DNA of 64,000 nt from Thermoplasmatota archaeon (GCA_041601615.1 JBFIHX010000007.1:11853-75852), one strand, 5' to 3'. Positions 48,357 to 58,931 are shown, counted from the first letter of the stretch. Made by a program: numbers and translations. Notes: a model not told the origin generated them from the letters alone.

Positions 48357-50067
48357 TTTCCGCTGCGGCGCGAGCGTGTCGTTCGCTGCGTTCGAGGCGT
48401 CGGTCGGCTGCGTGCCCGAGGAAGCTTGCCACCACCACGACGGAAACCAGCAGCACGCCGTTGACCAACCAGGCGACCCAGAGTTGCTTGGTGAAGGCGA
48501 GGGCGAGGTAGCCCGTGGAGCCGATGCCGGCAACGGTGAGCGCATAGGGCAGTTGTGTGCGGACGTGGTCGATGTGGTCGCATTGTCCCGCCATGCTGCT
48601 CATGACAGTGGTGTCGCTGATGGGCGAGCAATGGTCTCCGAATACGGCGCCGCCTAGGGTGCTTGCGAGTACGGGTGCAAACCATGCGGCGCCGCCAGGG
48701 GTTGCTGCGGCTACGGTGAGGGTGACGGGGATCATGATGGCGAAGGTGCCAAAGCTGGTGCCGGTGGCGAATGCGATGACTGCGGAGAGCAGGAATGCCA
48801 ACAGGGGTAGACTAGAGGCGTCGGTGAGCCAGGAGATGAATCCGTTGCTGCTGTCTTGGGCGTTTCCAACGGCCTCCGAGAGGTATTCGCCGAGGCCGAC
48901 GCCGCCAAAGTGGGCTGGTGTTGTGGCGTCGCCGGCGACGAGGTCGGTTTGGGTGGTTCCCACGGCGTTGCCGATGGCCCACGCGAGGGCGAGCAGGGCG
49001 AGGGCGGGCACCATGGCTTTGAATCCGGTGATGACGGTGTCGATGTATTCGTCCTGCTTGAGTGTCCCTTGTACGCCGTAGAGGACCATGGCAAACAGGA
49101 GTGTGAGGAAGCTTGCGACGGCGAGGCTCAATTCGGCGCTGCTGTTGCGCAGGGCGGAGGCAAAAGAATCTCCTTCGATGCCCCGTCCGGTGACATACAG
49201 AGCGGTGATGGCGGAGGCGAACAGAAACAGCATGGGCCACAGGAGGTTGCGGGCCTTGGGTTTGGCACCGAGGGCGACTTCCATTTCGCTGACTTCGCGG
49301 CTCATGAGGGGTTTGGCGCCGTCGCGCATCAGTTTACCTTCCCGTAGGGCGCGTTGTTCTGCTTTGCGCATGGGTCCGTATTCCATGGGCAAGAAGGCGA
49401 TGAGGCCCACGAATACGACCGTGAGGATGGCGTAGAAGTTGTAGGGGATGGAGTCCAAAAAGAGGCTGAATGCGTTGAGGCCTGCGGCTTGGACGGCAGC
49501 GACTCCGGCGACGATGCCGATGATGACACCGACCCAGGTGCTGATGGGCATCATGATGACCATGGGGGCGGCGGTGCTGTCGATGATGTATGCGAGTTTT
49601 TCGCGGCTGACGCGCAATTTGTCGGTGACGGGCCGGAATACGCTGCCGGCGGCGATGACGTGGAAGTAGTCGTCGATGGCCAGAAAGGCGGCGCCGAAGA
49701 ACCACGCCATGCCTTGGCCCATGCGTCGGTCGTGGGCGTACTTCATGGCGGCTTCTCCAAAGCCTCGAATGGCGCCGCTGCGCTGCATCACGGCGACGAA
49801 TCCGCCCAAAAACAACGTGAAGGCGATGACGCCAGCGTGGCCGGGGGTGGCGATGCCGTAGATGATCCATTGGATGGTTTGGAAAACCCCTCCTGCGACG
49901 GCGACAAACGGAAGCAGGAACGAGGAGCCATCGAAGGCGGCCCCGGCGACCATGACGGCGGCTACAAGGATGCCAATCAGGAGGCTCTGGTAGACTCGGC
50001 GCGTCAGCATCGCCGCGATGATGGCGATCGTGGGCGGAAGTAGGGTCCAGGCTCCAAAGTCAGCCAC
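48352..50067 (-). CDS. NhaC family Na+/H+ antiporter-like transporter
   Basis: IDDYF, SREKLAYIIDSTAAP, GTSFGTF, FGDHCSPISDTT, HVRTQLPY. Confidence 0.92.
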   Translation of the reverse strand: MADFGAWTLLPPTIAIIAAMLTRRVYQSLLIGILVAAVMVAGAAFDGSSFLLPFVAVAGGVFQTIQWIIYGIATPGHAGVIAFTLFLGGFVAVMQRSGAIRGFGEAAMKYAHDRRMGQGMAWFFGAAFLAIDDYFHVIAAGSVFRPVTDKLRVSREKLAYIIDSTAAPMVIMMPISTWVGVIIGIVAGVAAVQAAGLNAFSLFLDSIPYNFYAILTVVFVGLIAFLPMEYGPMRKAEQRALREGKLMRDGAKPLMSREVSEMEVALGAKPKARNLLWPMLFLFASAITALYVTGRGIEGDSFASALRNSSAELSLAVASFLTLLFAMVLYGVQGTLKQDEYIDTVITGFKAMVPALALLALAWAIGNAVGTTQTDLVAGDATTPAHFGGVGLGEYLSEAVGNAQDSSNGFISWLTDASSLPLLAFLLSAVIAFATGTSFGTFAIMIPVTLTVAAATPGGAAWFAPVLASTLGGAVFGDHCSPISDTTVMSSMAGQCDHIDHVRTQLPYALTVAGIGSTGYLALAFTKQLWVAWLVNGVLLVSVVVVASFLGHAADRRLERSERHARAAAET

Positions 50068-50167
50068 AAATCAAGCGAGTCGCGGCAAGACTTGATGCTT
50101 GCGTTGGAACCATGCAAGCGTGGTGCGGCGCCGAAGCCCTCTTGCCGGGGCGGCGACTCGCTCGGGC

Positions 50168-51238
50168 GTGGGCATTGATCTGGGCGACGTGGTGGTCAAG
50201 CACCAGACAGAGTTGGCGGCTCTTCGTGGCAAGCGCGTGGCGTTTGATGCGTGGAACATTCTGTATCAGTTCTTGTCGAACATTCGTCAGCCTGATGGCA
50301 CGCCCCTGAAGGATCGCCAGGGCCGAGTCACGAGCCACCTTGCGGGCACGCTCTACCGGACGGCGAACATCGTGGAGGCAGGCATCAAGCCGGTGTTTGT
50401 GTTTGATGGCGAGCCTCATGTGTTGAAGCGTGAGACACTGGCGGCCCGGTCGGCGCGCCGGGAGCAGGCGAAGGTGGATTTGGAGGAGGCTCAAGCGGCG
50501 GGCGACGAGGAGCGGGCGTTCAGCAAGGCGCAGCAGACGAGCAAGATGACCTCCGAGATGGCGGACCAGGCGAAGGCGTTGCTGCGCGCACTTGGGGTTC
50601 CCGTGGTGGATGCGCCCCATGACGGAGAAGCGCAAGCGTCCTACCTCTGCGCCCAGGGCAAGGTCGATGCCGTATGCTCTCAGGATTTTGATTGCCTGCT
50701 GTTTGGCGCCCCGGTTTTGCTGCGAAATTTGACCATGAGCGGCCGGCGAAAATTGCCGGGAAAACAGGTGTGGGTCCCGGTGTTGCCGGAGCGAATTGAG
50801 CTTGCCGAGAGCTTGGGAGCCGCTGAGCTTTCGCGGGAGCAACTTGTGGATGCGGCGATGCTTGTAGGTACGGATTTCAATCCCGGCATCAAGGGCATCG
50901 GGCCCAAGAAGGCGATTGCGCTCGTGCAGAAGAACGGCGACCTGGACACGCTGATTGCCCGCCTCGATTCGGACCCCAGTAGTGCCGACAGCGCCGTGGA
51001 GCGGGCCATCATCGAGCAGGCCGACGCTCTTGCCGATCGCGTGGAGATCCGCCGCATTTTCCTTGCTCCTGAGACCGCCGAGAACGTGGATTTGACGCCG
51101 GGCCGTGCCGACGGGGCCGCAGTGCTTCAGATCATGGTAGAGGAGCACGATTTTTCCAAGGAACGCGTTGAGGGCGCTTTGAAGCGGTTTGGTGCAGCGG
51201 CGGAGGCGGGCAAGCAGCAGTCGTTGTTTGATTTCTAG
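50168..51238 (+). CDS. fen: flap endonuclease 1
   Basis: DAWNILYQFL..IRQPDG, FVFDG, DGEAQ, SQDFD, GTDFN.GIKGIGPKKA; C-terminal PIP box QQSLFDF. Confidence 0.96.
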   Translation: MGIDLGDVVVKHQTELAALRGKRVAFDAWNILYQFLSNIRQPDGTPLKDRQGRVTSHLAGTLYRTANIVEAGIKPVFVFDGEPHVLKRETLAARSARREQAKVDLEEAQAAGDEERAFSKAQQTSKMTSEMADQAKALLRALGVPVVDAPHDGEAQASYLCAQGKVDAVCSQDFDCLLFGAPVLLRNLTMSGRRKLPGKQVWVPVLPERIELAESLGAAELSREQLVDAAMLVGTDFNPGIKGIGPKKAIALVQKNGDLDTLIARLDSDPSSADSAVERAIIEQADALADRVEIRRIFLAPETAENVDLTPGRADGAAVLQIMVEEHDFSKERVEGALKRFGAAAEAGKQQSLFDF

Positions 51239-51291
51239 CGGCCACGGGACCACCGACAGTTCTTTCTTTCCTGAATCCCCCGTTCGGCCTC

Positions 51292-52464
51292 GTGCTGCGT
51301 GCCGCTGCCGTGCTCGTTCTCGTCGCTTTTTCTGGTTGTACTGCCAATCTTGCTCCATCCTTGCCGGACATTGCGGCGCCGGAGCCCGTCGACCGTTATC
51401 CGGCCCTGCATGAGTTGTTTGCGGACGATGAGCCGTTCACCTTGCGCGGACGCGTCACGGACCCCGATGGACGGCCTGTGGCGGGGGCGCTTGTGTGGGT
51501 GGAGGCGGAGGATCTTCGTCAACCCGTCAACAATCTGGCAGCATACAGCGAAGGACGCGCGGCGACGATTCGCAACACTGCGGCAGACGGCACGTTTCGC
51601 ATTCAAGCGGACGACGGATTGTACTCGATTGCGGTGGAGGCGCCGGGATTCAGGGCGTTGCGTAGTGTACCGCTTGCCACGTCCGAACCCTTGGAGTTGC
51701 GGCTGAGTCCGCACGACGGTGTGCTGGTGATGGCGCATCGAGGTGCGAGTTTCTATGCGCCAGAGAACACCATTGCCTCCATTCAGAAGGCGGCGTGGCT
51801 CGGCGCAGACTGGGTCGAGGTGGATGTTCGTTTGACCCGCGACGGTCGCTTGGTGTTGATCCACGACATGAGCCTAGAGCGCACCACCGGCCAGTCCGGC
51901 GAGGTCGCCTCCACTTCCTGGTCTCAATTGCGCACGTTGGACGCGGGGGCGTGGTTCCACTCGTCCTTTGCAAATACGCAGGTGCCAAGCCTTGCCGAAG
52001 CGATTCAAGCGGCTCGGGATGAGGGAACGCGGCTTGTTTTGGACATCAAGGCGCCGGATGCAAGAGAGGCCGCGAGGGTTCGCTCGGCGCTGTTTTTGGA
52101 ACTTGATGCCCTCGGGGCCAAGAGCGAAGTGGTGGTGGCGGCGTTTCGCAATGCCACCGTGGACGATTGCGTTCGCTCCGGCCTTGCTTGTGCCAAGATC
52201 AGCGCGGGTGCCTCGGATATGGCGGCATTGCTGGACGATGCTTGGGCTCGGGGTGTTTCCACGGTTATGTTGGACCAGGCCGTGGTGGATGCGAGTGTTG
52301 TCGCCACGGCGCACCGCAGGGGGTTGTCCGTACACGCTTGGACCGTGAACGATGAACCGTCCTGGCGTCGCCTATTGGCCGCTGGCGTGGATGGAATCCT
52401 CACGGATCGCCCGGGGTACTTGTTGGACGTGCTCAACGACCGTCCGGCTCAGGAAGTGCCGTAG
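51292..52464 (+). CDS. glycerophosphodiester phosphodiesterase lipoprotein with carboxypeptidase-regulatory-like domain
   Basis: FSGC lipobox; AHRGA...PENT, EVDV.LTRDG, WTVND, GILTDRP. Confidence 0.9.
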   Translation: MLRAAAVLVLVAFSGCTANLAPSLPDIAAPEPVDRYPALHELFADDEPFTLRGRVTDPDGRPVAGALVWVEAEDLRQPVNNLAAYSEGRAATIRNTAADGTFRIQADDGLYSIAVEAPGFRALRSVPLATSEPLELRLSPHDGVLVMAHRGASFYAPENTIASIQKAAWLGADWVEVDVRLTRDGRLVLIHDMSLERTTGQSGEVASTSWSQLRTLDAGAWFHSSFANTQVPSLAEAIQAARDEGTRLVLDIKAPDAREAARVRSALFLELDALGAKSEVVVAAFRNATVDDCVRSGLACAKISAGASDMAALLDDAWARGVSTVMLDQAVVDASVVATAHRRGLSVHAWTVNDEPSWRRLLAAGVDGILTDRPGYLLDVLNDRPAQEVP

Positions 52465-53912
52465 ACGGGGTGGCTGGTGGCGGGCGCGAAGGCGTACATG
52501 CCCATGTACACGTCGGCGGCGTACAGGTGTCCTTCGGGGCCCATTTCTACGTCCATGTAGGTGGGTGCGTCGAGCGTCAGGCCGAGGCCGCAGAGATTGC
52601 TCTCGATGGTCTGGTGGACGGGGTCTTGGAACAGGGTCTGTTCGCCATCGGCGTACACGGCGTAGGCGATTTCGGCGGGGTCGCTGCGCAGGTCGGGGTG
52701 GCGGAAGTCCATTTGCCAGAGGCCACCGTGGTAGCTGCTGATGGTGAGGATGCCGTCGTCGGTGAAGCGCGGGTTGTGCAGGCTGAAGCTGGTGCCAAGC
52801 GCCGTGTGGTTGCCGGGGTTGGCCCAGACGCCCGTTTGTTCGAGGAGCATCGGTTCCTCGCCGGTGCGGACTTGGTCGAGGCCGGTGCCGTCGAGGATCC
52901 ACATGGGGCTGACCCAGTCGAGCCAGTCCTCGGAGGTTACGATGACCACGATTTCGCCGTCAAAGAAGGCGACGTCGGCGGTGTGGAGGTAGTATTCGAC
53001 GCCGGTTTGTTCCTTGATTTCTTGGCGGTTGGGGAGGTCCCAGTTGCCGATTTCGACGGGGTTGCGCACGTCGGTGATGTTGTAGATTTGCAGTCCGCCG
53101 CCGCCGTTGGCCGAGAGGGCCCAGACGTCGCCCCAAGGGGTGTCGCGGACGTACATGTCGTGGCCGACGTTGATGCTGCTGCCGGTGTCTTCGAGGTGGG
53201 CGCCGGTGAGTTCGTCGGCGACGATTTCGAAGATGTGGCCAAAGACGAAGGCGTAGTCGCGGTCTTGGATGCGGTGGACGGCGATGCTGTGTTCGCCGGG
53301 GAGGCCGGGCGCGAGGCCGGTGGGGCTCGTGGAGGAGCGGCCGGCAGCGGTGATGACGTCGACGATGAGGGGTTGTGCTTTGTTGCTGGTGTCGAAGAGG
53401 TAGACGTCGACGGGGACGGGGTTGACTTGGCCAAGGCAGGTGATGGCTTCGGTGCCCATGACGACGTAGTTGCCGTCGATGGTGGCTTCCATGCTGCGGT
53501 CGCCTCCGACGGCGCCGGGGAGGTTGACGCGGCCGGTGAGGGTGGGCACGGAGGGGTTGCTGAGGTCCCAGATGGCGAGGCCGCCGTTGATGCTGGCGGT
53601 GTTTGCGCCGTAGACGGCGCCAAAGAGGTAGCCGGCTTGCAGGTCCAGAGCGTGTACGCCGGCGATTTGGGCGGCGTTTTGCATCAAGGGGTCGCGGGCG
53701 CCAAATTCGTAGTTCCAGAGGAATTTGTGTTGGCCGGGCGTGGTGTGGTCGTGGCCGGCGCCTTCGGGCATGGGGTCCTCGGGCAGGACGTAGCGCTTTG
53801 CTGGTTCGAGGTCAACGGGGTCTTTGCCGTCGGTTCCGCCGGTGTTGTCGTCGAGGCAGCCGGAGACGGCGACGAGTGCCGTCATGAGGGCGATCCATAG
53901 GGCCTTGTGCAT
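52449..53912 (-). CDS. LVIVD-repeat-like beta-propeller lipoprotein
   Basis: VSGC lipobox; WDLSNP, YNITDV.NP, SLHNP, SYHGG. Confidence 0.75.
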   Translation of the reverse strand: MHKALWIALMTALVAVSGCLDDNTGGTDGKDPVDLEPAKRYVLPEDPMPEGAGHDHTTPGQHKFLWNYEFGARDPLMQNAAQIAGVHALDLQAGYLFGAVYGANTASINGGLAIWDLSNPSVPTLTGRVNLPGAVGGDRSMEATIDGNYVVMGTEAITCLGQVNPVPVDVYLFDTSNKAQPLIVDVITAAGRSSTSPTGLAPGLPGEHSIAVHRIQDRDYAFVFGHIFEIVADELTGAHLEDTGSSINVGHDMYVRDTPWGDVWALSANGGGGLQIYNITDVRNPVEIGNWDLPNRQEIKEQTGVEYYLHTADVAFFDGEIVVIVTSEDWLDWVSPMWILDGTGLDQVRTGEEPMLLEQTGVWANPGNHTALGTSFSLHNPRFTDDGILTISSYHGGLWQMDFRHPDLRSDPAEIAYAVYADGEQTLFQDPVHQTIESNLCGLGLTLDAPTYMDVEMGPEGHLYAADVYMGMYAFAPATSHPVYGTS

Positions 53913-53985
53913 GATTGGACTGGACCGGGAGGGCTACATGACGGTTGTGGCGCTCCGATTTGGATGCAGCGCTGGTGCTGGCGAC

Positions 53986-55722
53986 CTACATGGTGTCGAG
54001 CGCGGGCAGGCCGAGTGCCTCGTGGCACCGCCTTAGCGCCATCCGCGCCGCGTCGACCACCGCGAGCCGGGTTGCGCGTTCGTCGGCGTCTTCGTGATCG
54101 AGGACGTGATGGTCGCGGTAGTAGCCGTTGAAGGCGGACGCCAGTTCGGATGCGTAGGCGCAGAAGTGGTGCGGGGCGGCGCGGTCGGCGGCGTCCTCTG
54201 CGACACTGGGCAGGCGGGCGATGAGGGACAAGAGTCTGGCTTCGCCGGCTTGGATGGCTTCGTCGTGGACGGCGGCTTCAATGTTCTGGGCCTTGGCTTT
54301 GGCAAGGAGGCTAACAGCGCGGGCGTGGGCGTACATGAGGTACGGTGCGGAGTCACCTTCGAAGTCGAGTGCTTCTTCCCAGCGGAATTTGATGGGTTTT
54401 TCTGGTTGCACTTTGGCGATGTTGTAGCGAATGGCGGCGATGCCGACGGCTTCGGCGATGGCGTCTACTTGGGTTTTGGTCATTTCGTCGCCGCGGCGGC
54501 TGAGCACGGCTTCGCGGGCCATGGCGACGGCTTCGTCTAGGAGGTCGTCTACGAAGACGACGCGGTTGGCGCGGGTGCTCATTTTGCCTTCGGGGAGGCT
54601 TACGAAGGCGTAGAAGACGACGTGGGGTTTGGTGGCGCCGAGTTCGTCGAGGGCAACACCCACTTGCAGCGATTGCAGACGGTGGTCTTCTCCGAGTACG
54701 TCGATGAGGCGGCCGCCGGGGCCAACGTGGTCGCTCTTCCATTTGTGGTAGGCGACGTCGCGGGTGGCGTAGACGCTGGTTTGGTCGCGGCGGGTGAAGA
54801 AGAACTTGGTGGATTTGTTGCCTTCCAGTTCGGTGCCAAGGTCCAGGTAGTTGGCGCCGTCGTCTTCTTGCGCGGCGCGGGGGCTTGCCTTGAGGCCTTG
54901 GATGACTTGTTCGACGGTGCCGTCGGCTACGTGGTCGGATTCGTCGTCTACGGAGTCGAAGGTGACGCCGAGGCGGGCTAGGCTTTCGCTCATGCCGGCA
55001 AAGCAGGCTTCATAGACGGTGCGCACGCCGGCAAGGAGTTCGGGGTCGGCGGTTTCGAGGCGGGCCACGAGTGATTTGACTTCGGCGGCGTACTCGGGGT
55101 CCTCGGTCATGCGTTCGTTGGCGGCTTGGTAGTAGCGTACGAGTCGGTGGTCGGCTTTGTCGCGGGCGGCGGGCGGCAGGTCGGCCTCCGCGAAGGTTTT
55201 CGAGCCAAGGTACAGGAGGGCGACTTGGCGGCCGAGGTTGTCCATGTAGTAGTGGGTCTCGATGTCGTAGCCAGCCACTCGGTGCAGGCGAGCAAGGGTG
55301 TCGCCGAGGATGGGGTTGCGAGCACGTCCCACGTGTAATGGGCCGTTGGGGTTGGCGCTGGTGTGCTCCAACAACACTTTGCCCGTTTTGGGGGATGCAG
55401 TGATGGCCGCCATGGGGTCCGAGAGGACCACGCGTGCAAGTTTGGCGGTGTCGAGGAAGAAATTTACGTAGGGGCCGACGGCGCGCACTTCTGCCACCCA
55501 TTCGGTCCCGGTGGCTTCGACGGCGGCGGCTAGCTCCTGTGCGATGGCGGGTGGGGCTTTGCGCAAAGCGCGCGCAAAGGGAAAGCAGGGCATTCCAAGT
55601 TCACCCATGGTGGGGTCGGGCGGGTTCTCGAGGCTGGGTCGCGCAGTATCGGGGGCAAGCTTTGCCACGGCGGCGTCCAGCAGCGATTCGACTTCGGCCC
55701 GGAAGGCGCGCAGTGCGTCCAC
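53986..55722 (-). CDS. argS: arginyl-tRNA synthetase
   Basis: EHTSANPNGPLHVGRARN, KMSTR, FEGDSAPYLMYAHAR, C-terminal M. Confidence 0.96.
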   Translation of the reverse strand: MDALRAFRAEVESLLDAAVAKLAPDTARPSLENPPDPTMGELGMPCFPFARALRKAPPAIAQELAAAVEATGTEWVAEVRAVGPYVNFFLDTAKLARVVLSDPMAAITASPKTGKVLLEHTSANPNGPLHVGRARNPILGDTLARLHRVAGYDIETHYYMDNLGRQVALLYLGSKTFAEADLPPAARDKADHRLVRYYQAANERMTEDPEYAAEVKSLVARLETADPELLAGVRTVYEACFAGMSESLARLGVTFDSVDDESDHVADGTVEQVIQGLKASPRAAQEDDGANYLDLGTELEGNKSTKFFFTRRDQTSVYATRDVAYHKWKSDHVGPGGRLIDVLGEDHRLQSLQVGVALDELGATKPHVVFYAFVSLPEGKMSTRANRVVFVDDLLDEAVAMAREAVLSRRGDEMTKTQVDAIAEAVGIAAIRYNIAKVQPEKPIKFRWEEALDFEGDSAPYLMYAHARAVSLLAKAKAQNIEAAVHDEAIQAGEARLLSLIARLPSVAEDAADRAAPHHFCAYASELASAFNGYYRDHHVLDHEDADERATRLAVVDAARMALRRCHEALGLPALDTM

Positions 55723-55824
55723 GGCGCGGCCACAGGGGCGTTGTTGAAAGCCCCTGCGACGAAGATTGCCCGTAGAGGCACGGTGTGGAAGCCGCGTGGG
55801 AGCCGCGCGGGAGCCGTGGAGGCC

Positions 55825-56706
55825 ATGCGGCGACCTTACGAAGGCCCCCCGCGCTTGCTCGTTGTGGAGGCGGTCGAGCTCTTCGTGGATGGCACGCGAT
55901 TGCATGGAGAATTCCATGCGGCAGCCAAGGGCAAAGCGGCGGTCGTGCTCCTTCATGGCTTCCGTTCTTCGATGCAAGAATTGGGAGACCTTCCCCAGCG
56001 CCTTGCCGATGCGGGGATTCATGCCTTGGCGATCGATCATCGGGGCCATGGCCAGAGCGATGGGGAGCGGGGCCGGGTCGGATTGGACCGGGCGTTGGCG
56101 GACACGGAGGCGGCGTTCGCGTGGTTGCAGCAGCGACTTGGTAAGCGCGTGCGGATGGGCCTCGTGGGGCACAGCCTTGGTGCCTCGCATGCCATCGGCA
56201 TCGCGGGGCGAACGAGTCTGGTACGCGCCCTGGTGCTTGCCCACCCGGTGGATCGGCTCCTGGATGAATTGGGACGCGCCGAGCGGCTCGTGTACCATGC
56301 ACTGGGTCGCTTGGGCCAGCGTCGTATGCGTCGAGGACGTGCGGCGGGGTTTGTGAAGCGGCCACCGTTGTACCGGCACCTCATGCGAGATTCGGAGGCC
56401 CAACAATGGGCCAGGCAGCATTCGTTGCTCCAGCAATCCGTGAACCTCGGCAACTACGCCTACGCTGTCACGATGCAAGCGAGCGATTGGGCGCGTCGCG
56501 CGGAAGCACCGGCGCTGTGCATTTTTAGCCCGCATGATCAAGTGGTGCATCCAATGCACACCCAGGCGGTGTTTGACAACCTTCGCGGCCCGCACGAATC
56601 ATTGCAGCACGACGGCGGCCATTCTTGTTTCTTGGACCAAGACGCGGACCGAGTCATGACGGCGACCGTGGAGTTTCTGCAGCGGCGACTGGCGGGGCGC
56701 GCATGA
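55825..56706 (+). CDS. alpha/beta hydrolase (lysophospholipase-like)
   Basis: LLHGF, DHRGHGQSDG, GHSLG, D, GGH. Confidence 0.88.
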   Translation: MRRPYEGPPRLLVVEAVELFVDGTRLHGEFHAAAKGKAAVVLLHGFRSSMQELGDLPQRLADAGIHALAIDHRGHGQSDGERGRVGLDRALADTEAAFAWLQQRLGKRVRMGLVGHSLGASHAIGIAGRTSLVRALVLAHPVDRLLDELGRAERLVYHALGRLGQRRMRRGRAAGFVKRPPLYRHLMRDSEAQQWARQHSLLQQSVNLGNYAYAVTMQASDWARRAEAPALCIFSPHDQVVHPMHTQAVFDNLRGPHESLQHDGGHSCFLDQDADRVMTATVEFLQRRLAGRA

Positions 56707-57452
56707 GCCCCGACAAGTCTGCCTCCGGGTTCGCTTTCTTTGATTTTGACAACACCATCCTGCATGGCGATGCGGGGCCGTTGTTTGGAAAGCATTTGCT
56801 CGCCGAGGAAGCCGAGCGCCTGCGAAAGCGGAGGCGGGGACCTCGGCGGGCGCTCCGCACGGCGCGGTTTTGGAGTGGAGTGCTGACGTTTGGAGCATGG
56901 ATGGGTGCCCAGTCGGCGCTGTACAAGGTGCGGGCGGTGCGACGCAGCACCATCGTTCGCAGTGCCTACCGAGGCTTGCGCGGCGTTCCCGCTGAGCCAT
57001 TTTTGGCCGATATGGAGGATTTTGCCAAGCGGCACCTACGACCCCGGCTGTACCCTGCGATGCTGCAAGAGATGGAGGCCCACCATGAGGCTGGGCGCAC
57101 CTGCGTCATTGTCACCACCGGTATGGAAGCACTTGTTCAGCACTGCATGGAGTGGTTGCCTGCGGGGACACAGTTGATTGGGTGCGAACTGGACGAACTG
57201 GACGGTCGACTCACGGGGCGTGTGGTTCGGGGTCCGCTTTATGGCCAAGATAAGGCCAACATCATTCTCGCTTATTGCCGGGCAACTGGCGTGGACCCGG
57301 CGGATTGCTGGGCCTACACGGACCATTACTCGGACCATCAAATGCTGGAGGCGGTGGGGCAAGCGGTTTGCGTGAATCCCCGTAGTCGGCTCCAAAAACT
57401 GGCACATCAACGAGGTTGGCTTGTTCTGGATTGTCCGGACCCTCGGGTGTAG
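56703..57452 (+). CDS. HAD-IB family hydrolase
   Basis: FFDFDNT, VTT, K, AYTDHYSD, VNP. Confidence 0.88.
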   Translation: MSPDKSASGFAFFDFDNTILHGDAGPLFGKHLLAEEAERLRKRRRGPRRALRTARFWSGVLTFGAWMGAQSALYKVRAVRRSTIVRSAYRGLRGVPAEPFLADMEDFAKRHLRPRLYPAMLQEMEAHHEAGRTCVIVTTGMEALVQHCMEWLPAGTQLIGCELDELDGRLTGRVVRGPLYGQDKANIILAYCRATGVDPADCWAYTDHYSDHQMLEAVGQAVCVNPRSRLQKLAHQRGWLVLDCPDPRV

Positions 57453-57543
57453 GTCGAGTAGGTCCCGAAGAAGACAACAGCTCGGCGTTCGGCCAAAAAA
57501 AGGGGGGATGAGGCGGGGAAGATGAGCGGGCGCCTAGGGCGTC

Positions 57544-58188
57544 CTACTTCTTGTTGGAGAAGTACATCATCGCGAGCAGGATGACGGCCAGGAAGGCGAG
57601 GGGCATCATGTAGGAGCTCCAGTCGCTGCTGCCGGCGCCGTGGGCACCGAAGACCATGCCGAAGAGCATCGGGACGCTGGCCCAGGTGTTGAAGCGGCTG
57701 GCCATAACGGCGTTCTTGACGCGGGGGCCGTTCTCGGCGGTCATCTTGGCTTTGTCAGCGTCGGAAGCGCCGGCGGCGATGGCCTTGTTGTTGCTGAGGA
57801 TCACTTGTTGGTTGGGCCAGATGATGAACCAGACGTTGAACCACATGACGATGCCGAGCAGAACGCCCATCAGGATGAGGTAGCCCGCAGGGCCGTTGTC
57901 GAAGAAGTAGCCGCTGTGGCTGCCAAATTGGGTGCCCTTGATGTAAATCAGGATCAACCCGAAGAGGAAGGTGAACATGGCGCCCCAGCGGAACCAGAAC
58001 AGTGTTTTGAGGGTGATGTTTGCCGTCGCCTTTTCGCCCATGGCCACATCGAAGGGCTTCTTGAGGGGGAATTTCAGAAGCGGCAGGTTGACGAGATTGA
58101 AGAAGTACAGGAGCCCAATCCAGGTGATTCCAGACAGGATGTGCAGATACCTGAACAGCGATTCGTACGCCAGGTCCGTGAAGGCCAT
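57544..58188 (-). CDS. PuuD/urate oxidase N-terminal-like membrane protein
   Basis: RYLHILSGITWIGLLYFFN, LFWFRW, NVWFIIWPNQ, SRFNT..S.PML. Confidence 0.8.
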   Translation of the reverse strand: MAFTDLAYESLFRYLHILSGITWIGLLYFFNLVNLPLLKFPLKKPFDVAMGEKATANITLKTLFWFRWGAMFTFLFGLILIYIKGTQFGSHSGYFFDNGPAGYLILMGVLLGIVMWFNVWFIIWPNQQVILSNNKAIAAGASDADKAKMTAENGPRVKNAVMASRFNTWASVPMLFGMVFGAHGAGSSDWSSYMMPLAFLAVILLAMMYFSNKK

Positions 58189-58301
58189 GGAGGCCGGAGT
58201 GGAGTCGGATATATCAATCTAAAGAACGTGTTGCCGCGACTTCCTGTGCATCCGGTGCAACCCATGCAACGACAAGCCGCCCGATTACGACACGCTCTAA
58301 T

Positions 58302-58931
58302 TCACAACGTGGCGGCCCGGCCAGAAATCATTGCTTCGACCCATGGAAGCCGGTCGTTGCCCCAAAACGATTCGCGCCGACCCACATCATCCTCCAGCAC
58401 GAAAAACGGCACACCCGGGGCACCCGCGGCATAAGCTTCCTGGGTATTGGCAATCATCAGACGCTTGAGGCCCTCCCCCAAGCAAAGGCTGGCCCCGCCC
58501 TTCAAGCCAATGGTGTTGCATAGATCGTCAAGGACCGCCTCGTCGCTGATATCCCGGCCATTCTCGAAGTACGCCAAGAACACCGCTTCCATCCACCGAT
58601 CCTCCATTCCGGGTGCGTCATGGTCAGCGGCCAGATGCAATCGGCCAGCCTTGATGCTGTTGACCGGCATTGCACCTGGCGTCCCGGCGGCCGGAGGAGC
58701 AAAAGGCACACCGTATGCGGCGGCCCAGCGACGCACGTCCGAAAGCAAATATCGACCCTGGTTGGGCAATGTCACGTTGGGTTGGCTGCCATCCTGCTTG
58801 AAAATGTGCCCCGCCGAGACCGGCTTCCAAAGAATCTCGCAGCCCTCGTAGCGGCCAGGGTGTGCACGAATCCGTTGCCAAGCCAAGTATGCGTAAGGGC
58901 TGCCATAGTCGAAGTAGGCGTGCAGGCGCAT
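58302..58931 (-). CDS. DsbA/HCCA isomerase (kappa GST-like) family protein
   Basis: YFDYGSPYAY, PGVPFF, FWGNDRL. Confidence 0.88.
   Translation of the reverse strand: MRLHAYFDYGSPYAYLAWQRIRAHPGRYEGCEILWKPVSAGHIFKQDGSQPNVTLPNQGRYLLSDVRRWAAAYGVPFAPPAAGTPGAMPVNSIKAGRLHLAADHDAPGMEDRWMEAVFLAYFENGRDISDEAVLDDLCNTIGLKGGASLCLGEGLKRLMIANTQEAYAAGAPGVPFFVLEDDVGRRESFWGNDRLPWVEAMISGRAATL

Noticed and set aside
55723-56595. Apparent 290-aa N-terminal extension of ArgS
   Set aside because: It is the antisense frame of the alpha/beta hydrolase; ArgS similarity starts near 55722.
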